A DNA stretch of 64,000 bases from Bugula neritina (taxonomy: Eukaryota > Animalia > Bryozoa). A program made the translations under genes and the position numbers. The notes under the pieces were generated by a model that was given only the letters and a program-made list of their open reading frames with translations, searched no databases and was not told the origin of the DNA. Positions 55,700-64,000 of the stretch are shown in pieces; positions within the stretch are counted from its first letter, which is position 1; the number at the start of each line of letters is the position of its first letter. The DNA is taken from assembly GCA_964035545.1 (NCBI GenBank), contig OZ037766.1:32478773-32542772 (forward strand). Reading direction: 5' to 3'.

Positions 55700-58600
55700 T
55701 TAGACTAGCTCAGTGTCTAGCTTTCTTTGCACAGATTTAATTTGGTGCTCAGTTTCACAAATTTTTGGATGATCTAATACATCGCAAGCAAACACAAAAC
55801 TTTCTTTTGCCTTTAGAAAGTGAATGAAAGCTTTCTCATGCTGCTGAAGTGAGACATACATGCTGCCCATAGATTGCAAAATTTCTCCTCTTTCTAGTGC
55901 TGCTGGTTTTGGTGAGATTCTGTCAAACTGAGCCAGCAGAGAGAGCGATTCGCTATAGGTCTGTTCAGCAAGACTCACATTTCCTTGCTTCCAATGACTT
56001 AATGCTAGTTTGGCCAAAGCATTGGAAATATATCCATCTAAGTATTCTTTATTTTCTGACGCTGCAATTTTAAACATCTCTATTGCTTTATTCAGGTAAA
56101 ATTTTGCCAAATCATTCTTTCCAGTATGAACTAAATGCAAGCCATACTGCAGAATCGCAACTGCTGATTGTGCATGTGGAACTTGGTAGCGGGATAAACA
56201 GAGGAAAACTCTGACTAAGATGTTACGATATGTTGGAGAGTTTCTTGTGACAAAGTAGTGTAAGACAGCAGCTTTGAACTTACTCTTTTGTGCATACAAT
56301 TGAGCAGTCATAGTTAGGCATCGCTTAATGTACTCCTCGGTATCTTCATGTCGTCCTAGCATTGTACATGCGCTGCCTAATGCATACATTATGTGAGCAA
56401 TGTCTCGGTGACACGCCTCACTTCCGTACCTCTCATAGAACATCTCCTTACTTCTCTCAAAATACAAGAAAGCAAACTGATAGTACTTGGTGTAGAAATA
56501 GTTGAGTCCGATGGTCCACAAGACATGAGCAAGAATAATGGAAGGGTTGTTGAGATACTTGAGTCTGCCTTCTGGATTCTCTTTCAGGAGATCTACCAAT
56601 GGTTCTACGTCTTCATCTGAGTATATTATCTCTCCGTAATAATTGTATTCAATCTCTCTTGATGCCAGAAGATGACAAATTTCTAGGGCTTTGAAAAGGT
56701 GATCCCGAGCTTCAACATACTGATACAGCATGTTGTAAACTCGTCCAACGCAAAATTCTGTTTTTGCTAGCAACTCATGATTGCTTTTCAAATGCCTTTT
56801 ACGGATTTCTAGCGAAGATTTGTATTCCTCCACTGCTTTTGTGTAATTGATCAAACCATAATAACAATCTGCAGCTTCAGCCTTTGAATCAGCCATAATA
56901 AGCTGTTGCTCCTTGAAGTTTTCTGAGCCATGGCCATCCTCAATCATTCTTTGTATTGCAAAATGATATTCCAGAGCTTCTTTGTATTTCCTTTCTTCAC
57001 ACATAGAATAGGTTAGTGCTTTTACAGAATTCCAAACTTCAGAAAAGCCTCCTTGGACTGTTTTTTGAATTTCGTGAATAACTCCTTCAGGGTTTGTGAG
57101 CAGACTCTTATTTTCGATATGCTTTTCAAAATAATCATTGCCTTTAGACCAGCGATTGCAGCAGTGAAAAACTTGGAATTTTATCAACCAGTTTGGATTT
57201 TCAATTTCTTTTTTAACCATTTGCTCAATATCATCAACTGTGCAGCTGCCAACATGCTTCTTTAATGGAACTGAATAGTCACAATGAAGGTTGAACAATG
57301 TCTGAGACAAAAACCATCTTTGTCCTGAACTCACTTCTCCTTTGATTGCTGGTTGAGTAATTTGAGAAGGGAAATAGTTTTTAGGTAAGACTGATAACTT
57401 GTTGTCAGCTGAGTTGTAGAGCAAGTAAGTTGAAAGACGCAAATAGCATGCACATGAAAGTAGAAACTGCAGAGATTTGTGCACAGAGTTGGAAATGAGT
57501 TGCTGTTGAAAAAAAATATTCAATGTTGTCCACGAGTCCAAAGATGAGGAGCCAAATATAATAGAGAGGTTGTACAGAAGAATGGAGGGGTATCGGTATA
57601 ATTCCTTTTTGGTGTTGATAGAAAAGCCATTGTTTATCAACTCCTCGGTAGGCTGGAAACCAAACTTTTTTGCATCAGAAATAAACATGTTTCTGTTGGC
57701 TCTATGCCTGTTGACATTTTTAGGTTGCAACTTGTTCTTTCTTTCAACAAACTGTTTAAACAGCTCCTTGGAATCTTTTCCATGACTGTATACCAGTTTG
57801 GTATACTGCAGTTTTGCCGTGAGGTCTCCCTTAATTGAATATTCTTCTTTTGGATCATTCAAGACTTGTTCATAGCTTTCTAGAAGCTGTGAAGGAGTAG
57901 CGATAAAATGGTTTTTCTGCACATCAGTACCATTTCCTGTGGGTATACTTCCAGCGTCTTTCTTCAATCCATCAATTTTAAAACCACTCATTTGGGCATC
58001 TTCAAACCATCTTTTTAGCTCCAACACTGATAAATACCCCAGTGAGGTTTCTGCCAGGTTGCCTATTATAAAATAGCTTGACAAAGCCAATTTCTCAAAG
58101 TAGGTGATGTTATCTGGTGTTGCTGTTTCAATTAAGAAAAGGTACTCAATATCTGAGTACGGAGTAGCTTCACCTTTAGCTAAGGAACCGAGCGCCACCA
58201 CACAGAAACTACAGGGAGGCTGAGAAATCAGGCTTTCAACACTGTATTCAAAGACGGTTTTTGCAAATCCAACCATTTGCTCTGTGCATGCCAGTGAAAT
58301 CTTTTCAATATCAGTGACAAATGTGTCAATGAATTCAAAGTTTGTTATCGTTTGTTTGTCAAGTTTAATTACAAGCTTGTCTACCTGAGCAACTTGACAT
58401 TTTACCTTCTCCCTAATGCATGAAAGAGTGTTTGCTAACTTGCATGTCACGTCTTTTTGTACGTCATAGCTCCAGCTTCTATCCTCTTTCCAATATAAAC
58501 TTTGAGCCTCGAAAGCCTGCTGTTTCCAGAATTCCACATTTTTTTTGCTCACTCTCACAGAAACGGAGTTATAAAGAGCATGTGCCTGAAACATACAGCA

Positions 58601-59221
58601 GGCACTATTTTTATTATGATGCAATTCTCAATATGGTTTTCTTGTATCTATATATTATTTTACTGAATTAAAAGCTACAGCTAAGTTGTTAAATTAAATT
58701 ATTTTGTAAACTATCATATGTGAAAAGCTTCATAATAAGAGATATGTCCACCGCAGAAAATTCAATAAGAACTGTGTGCATATACAGCAATAACAACTGT
58801 GCCCTAAGAGAAATGAGAAGAGTTGGTAATATTTGAATGTAACCCTAAACAAAGCTTCTTTACCTTGAGGATATCTGTCCAATCGCCAATTGCATTGTAT
58901 TTCTCCAGGTAGCCATTGGCTAATTTCTCTAGGTAAAGTTTAGACACTTCCAGGTTGTATTTCCCACCATGTGCACCACAGTAAGCTTCTTTAAATGCTC
59001 TCAGCTCTTCTGGGAGCATCTACACACGTATTGTTATTTTACTATTATATTATACACGTACTATGTTATATTGTTGCATGCATATGCAATAATATTGCAT
59101 GTATTGTATGTGGTAGTATAACACGCTATATATATACTGTATATAGATACTATAATGTGGTACTCTAATACATACGGCCTTTCAAATCTACCAACTTACT
59201 CACCACAAACTCATCATCCAT
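55700..59221 (-). CDS. NTase (GlnD/DUF294-like)-TPR protein, copy 3, ~1019 aa
   Basis: Exons 59221-59204 (MDDEFV), 59019-58864, 58585-55700. The listed ORF start at 58624 is intronic (acceptor TTTCAG at 58586-58591). Same motifs as copies 1 and 2. Confidence 0.9.
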
Positions 59222-60339
59222 TTTACTTTCTGTTATTTCACAAGTTGTTGTATATAGGAGTTACCATCATTGTCTATAACATGGAAAGAGTATGTATACA
59301 TGTAAGGGTATGCATTGTTCAATTATATGTAATCCACAGAAGTTCTTGTAAAAGTCCTGAATAATTAGTAATTAGTATAACCTCAAACAAATACACAAAC
59401 TATAGTAATTAGTCTTCCAAAAAAACTTGTCATTTCATTTACTGATACATTTTTACCATCATCTTTTCAGACATAAAAAGAATATCAGAGACTAAAACAT
59501 CACACTTGTCAACTAACTGACTGTTAGTTTGTCTATGAAAAATTCTATTGACAAACCATCTTATCTAGTTGAATATTTAGCATCCAAAGTTTAAACAAGC
59601 TCTCCTTCTATATATATAAATATTTTGTCTGAATTTATTCTGATAACAGTATATTAAAGCATGCACAGTACCAATGCTAACTATTGCTGACTTTCATTGC
59701 ACTCTACAGTTATAGATGCTATTATAAATACAGCCTAGCCCTTGATCAAACTGGCTTTAAAAGTTTCAACTTTTTAGCTTTCAAGCCAGCTCAGCAGTTA
59801 AGCTTTATCACTGAGTTGGCTTAAACGTTGAATGAAGTTGTTAATTCGCAATAATTTGATAAGCTTTTATTGTCAATTTTGACTGTAGCCTATATATGCC
59901 ATCTTATAAGCCTTTTAAAAACATCTTCTATATAAGATTTTAGAAAATTTTGTTGGTTAATACATTTTAGTAGGGTTTATGGCCAGTTCCTATATACTTT
60001 TATCACTGTGTAGTGTTTAATGAATAGTAATTTCAAAATAGGAAATATTAAAATTTACTCTTTTATTTAAAGTGCTATATACTTAGCAGCTTTCATCAAG
60101 TGTATATATTCTTTCAAATAAACATCGTATAAATTGACCAAATGATAACGGTCAATTTAATTCATTGCTGATTTGAAAAAACACAACTTTTTTACAATTG
60201 ATTAGTGCATAAAGTCCACTGCAGTACCGGTGCTTAACTAAAAATATGTTATACATACATGTTCAGAATTACAATATTTGCTGTCAATTGCATAGTTGAA
60301 GTCAAAATATTGTTTTGAGAAAACTAGAATTTAAAACTC

Positions 60340-61260
60340 ACCAATGCTGCAGAGAAGAAGCTGTATAAGTTTCATCAATCTACTAGATAATTCTACACTT
60401 TGAGTCAACATAGCATAGTTTGGTTCTTCACAACTACATATAAGCAAGCTTGTAGTCTGACCAGAGATCAATTACAAAGTAAATCTGAGCTTGTTTTGAG
60501 GTAACTGTTTGTGATGGAGTTTTATTAGCCAATAAGAAAGTCAGAAGAAAGAATGCCAGGAGATAAGGCCTGGTCCTATAAAATGTAATATCAACAGATG
60601 AGTTTAAGTTATGTAAACATGTCAGAGTTCTGTGAAAATGTTTATAATAAAAAGGTAGAAGACAAATTCCTGCTGCCATTAGGTTTTACAATACAATTAA
60701 TACAGAGCTCAGAGGCCATTCTTCATTGGCTGATTGATTGAGAGAGCAAATATGATTGGTTAAGAGATTACAGGTGAATATGTAGGTGACTATAGTGTGT
60801 CAAGTGCCTGGAATAGTATATCGCAGCTGTCACAAATAGAGTGATCCTTGCTGTCTTCAAAGTATAGTCGATTGTGATCAGTGCCAAATGTTTAATCAAA
60901 ACATTACATTAATAATATATAGCAGACAGTGAGTCACCATTATACTAGAGTAGCTTGTCTTACTGCAACACTTAGACAGCAGAAACCAGTGTTTATGTTA
61001 TATAGTTTGTTGTCAAACAATGAATACAGCTGGTATGTAATATGCTGAGGTTCTTCTGCTACCAGACACACTAAAGAGCTCAATGTTTACACACTAGAGA
61101 GCTCAATGTTTACACACTAGAGAGCTCAATGTTTACACACTAGAGAGCTCAATGTTTACACACTAAAGAGCTCAATGTTTACAGGCTAAAGAGCTCAATG
61201 TTTACACACTAGAGAGCTCAATGTTTACACACTAAAGAGCTCAATGTTTACACACTAAAA
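60340..61260 (-). promoter_or_regulatory. Putative promoter and first non-coding exon of copy 3, with 23-bp VNTR x8 (61067-61258)
   Basis: Reverse complement of 27373-28172; TGAGTCA 60930-60936; ATTGG boxes; eight CAATGTTTAC units. Confidence 0.55.
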
Positions 61261-62003
61261 GATGTACTGTATTTGATTAGCAGAAAGACATAATGCAGGA
61301 TGTACAGATACATTGTGTGACATGCGTCAAGAAAAAACTGATGGACACTATAAATAGTTCTAAACTTAGCACTTTAACTGCATTTAACTATGAATTTATT
61401 TCCCACAGTAAGAGCTGATAACTCCTTATTTAGTTCATCCAGTGATAATTGCTGAGAGCATTATATTTTAGAGTTAGTGGTATATGTTCTAATAATATGT
61501 GTAATGACTATAATTCATTTAGTAGTCGGTCAGTCAATCAGAAGCATTGCGTTCAACTTATAGTATGTAGAGTTTATGCTTTTATATAGCAGGGGTAGAC
61601 ACTTATGGCCTTTGCCCACTTTTCAGTGGCCATTTTCATGCTTATAAGATGAGTAAAAAAACTGTTATATATGCATATGCATTCTGATTAGCACAGCTAG
61701 CATAGGTTTGCTCAGCAACGCTCTAAGAAGTACATTTGTAATAGCAAAATAATTTTGGTTTCTATATTAATTATGGTAACTTATCTTTGCTGATAATAAT
61801 AATCCCATGATAATTCTTGTGTAGTAAAAGCATCTGGTAGGCCATATATACACATTTTGCTAATGCTACCAATTTTCTCAACTAAAACTGTTAAAATCCA
61901 AATATTTCTTTCATACAACTCCATGGAGCTACATATTGTATTCATGCAAGTATGACATAATATTATATTGTATTGTATTGTATTGTATTGTAGTGCTTCC
62001 TAG

Positions 62004-62137
62004 GAAATTAGATGCGGAATATAGAGATAACGGTGGCCACGTTGGAGTCAGCTTTAGATGATAATGACTGCAAGTTCCAAATTTTTTGGAAAATAACCAG
62101 GAAATATACCAAAATTCTGTCAAGAAAAAAGAGTTAG
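62004..62137 (+). pseudogene. Internally deleted remnant of the lectin gene's terminal exon
   Basis: The exon start (GATAACGGTGGCCACGTTGGAGTCAGC) is joined at ~62068 directly to CAAGTTCCAAATTTTTTGGAAAATAACCAGG from the exon's 3' end; the downstream sequence matches 54245 onward. Confidence 0.75.
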
Positions 62138-63559
62138 TTGGTGTACTTAAATCGTCGGGTCTAAGATTATAAACTATAAACAATGATGTGTTTGACAAGG
62201 ACAAATTATTTTTAATTAGTTTACGTTGATGTCATGATATATTCTTAAAATTTAAAAAGCTGTTTTTTAACAAATTTTTCCCACTAAATCTGACACTGTT
62301 ATGCATTGAAACTGTCACATTTTTTGTTTTAATAGACTGTAAAGCATTCTATAAATTATAATTTAGCTTATGTTTTTAAAAAATCATATTTTTTGTAGCT
62401 CCATGAAACTTATTCTATTATATTGTATTACGTACACAAACATGAAGTGCTATCAATTATAATTATACATACAAACCTTAATTTACTAAAAGTAGATAAA
62501 ATTCTTTCCTGCCACCATCTGTAAGTTAGTTAAACTCAAGCATGATTTCATTATATTAGCTGCATATTCTCAAATTCAATAAAATAAAAGTTCAATTTGC
62601 AGTTTTACGTAGAAAAGCTTATACAGCAATAATTGGAATATTCAAATTCATTATCTCAACTATTTATAGATAGTGCGGATAAATTTATATCCAGTCAATT
62701 ATAGTTTTTACATATATGGGCTCTACACAATTGTGACATTGATATGAACTTCAACCAAAATTTCCATTAAATGTATGCTGTTTTAAGTTTATTTTGTGGT
62801 GCAACAATATGCGAAAAGAAGGAGGTTGATTTGCAGTGAACTGCATTGTATGTTTACTACTAACAGTTCATAGCAGATATAAAAGTATGTGTATAAATAT
62901 AAAACTATAACACAAAAATAGTGATATTGATTATAGTAGGAGATGAGATCTATTAGTCATTGTATATAACGATGTTTCTAACTCAGTTGATCAGTGCATC
63001 TTTTAGCAATTATATAGCTAAAGTATTGTCCTGTTTGTTTGAGTTGGAGTTGCGTTCTACTGCTACATGGTTTCAGCTAATCCATCTATAGTGCTCGTTT
63101 TTTTCAGTCATTGTTTAAGCTATAAACTATACTAAGTAGTTATTTAAAGTAGTTATCTACATTGTAAGATAAGAGGCAGAAGTGCAGAAATTATAGAAAG
63201 AAATCTCTCCTCAAAGTTTTTTAGTGCATAATTCACCAGGGCTTCACAACATAGAATAGAAACAATAACCTACAGAGGTATAAAATATAATAAGAGGATG
63301 AAAACCTGTTTGATAACTGTTTGAAAATTTTTACTATTATCATAAGCTGTATAAAATGTATTATGTAACAATACGCTGACAAAAGTCAGCCAGTAGGTCA
63401 CACTTGTAAATAATCAACATTAGTTTTAAATAAAAGACTATGTGCTGATGAAAACAGACTATATTACTGAATAAATATAAAACTAGTCATGGTTTATCAT
63501 GTTATAAGAAAATCGAATTTTAGTTTAAAGTGTCACTCGCGAGACATATAGCAGTAGAC

Positions 63560-64000
63560 TTAGACTAGATCAGTGTCTAGCTTTCTTTGCACAGTTTTAA
63601 TTTGGTGCTCAGTTTCACAGATTATTGGATGATCTAATACTTCACATGCAAACACAAAACTTTCTTTTGCCTTTAGAAAGTGAATGAAAGCATTCTCATG
63701 CTGCTGAAGCGAGTCATACATGCTGCCCATAGATTGCAAAATTTCTCCTCTTTCTAGTGCTGCTGGTTTTGGTGAGATTCTGTCAACTCGAGCCAGCAGA
63801 GAGAGCGATTCACTATAGGCCTGTTCAGCAAGATTCACATTTCCTTGCTTCCAATGACTTAATGCTAGTTTGGCCAAAGCATTGGAAATATATCCATCTA
63901 TGTATTCTTTATTTTCTGATGCAGCAGTTTTAAACATCTCTATTGCTTTATTCAGGTAAAATTTTCCCAAATCATTCTTTCCAGTATGGACTAGATGCAA
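63560..64000 (-). CDS. 3' end of NTase-TPR copy 4 (partial, runs off the window)
   Basis: Open frame closely matching the last 146 aa of copy 3, with the same stop position. Whether the gene is complete cannot be seen. Confidence 0.7.
   Translation of the reverse strand: MHLVHTGKNDLGKFYLNKAIEMFKTAASENKEYIDGYISNALAKLALSHWKQGNVNLAEQAYSESLSLLARVDRISPKPAALERGEILQSMGSMYDSLQQHENAFIHFLKAKESFVFACEVLDHPIICETEHQIKTVQRKLDTDLV

Noticed and set aside
60434-60679. 81-aa ORF MAAGICLL... in the promoter block
   Set aside because: Both other copies (27841, 34801) stop at codon 33; no domain evidence.

Overview
AT-rich, intron-rich animal genomic DNA, probably from an invertebrate; the species cannot be determined from the sequence. 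Bases 1-9000 are intergenic, with minisatellites and a TA-flanked non-autonomous DNA transposon. Bases 9182-16279 (+) hold a complete 13-exon ARSB-family arylsulfatase with an intact CSPSR motif. Bases 18-64 kb form a dynamic, duplicated cluster with two components. (i) A family of ~1,010-1,020-aa proteins that combine a GlnD/DUF294-like Pol-beta nucleotidyltransferase domain (GSLAKGEATPYSDIE), its helical partner domain and a long TPR region: three intact copies, one copy cut by the window edge, and one orphan C-terminal pseudogene cassette. (ii) A gene with five tandem F-type-lectin/F5-8C-like domains, each introduced by a 24-nt microexon, ending in a six-cysteine module with CSab defensin / scorpion K-channel-toxin spacing. 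The lectin gene lies between the arms of a ~9-kb inverted duplication. Its last exon was duplicated together with the NTase-TPR genes, and a copy of the NTase-TPR upstream region sits in front of it. Gene-conversion tracts, divergent TPR C-termini and promoter VNTRs suggest a rapidly evolving candidate innate-defence locus (inference). All exon models and similarity estimates were made by eye.
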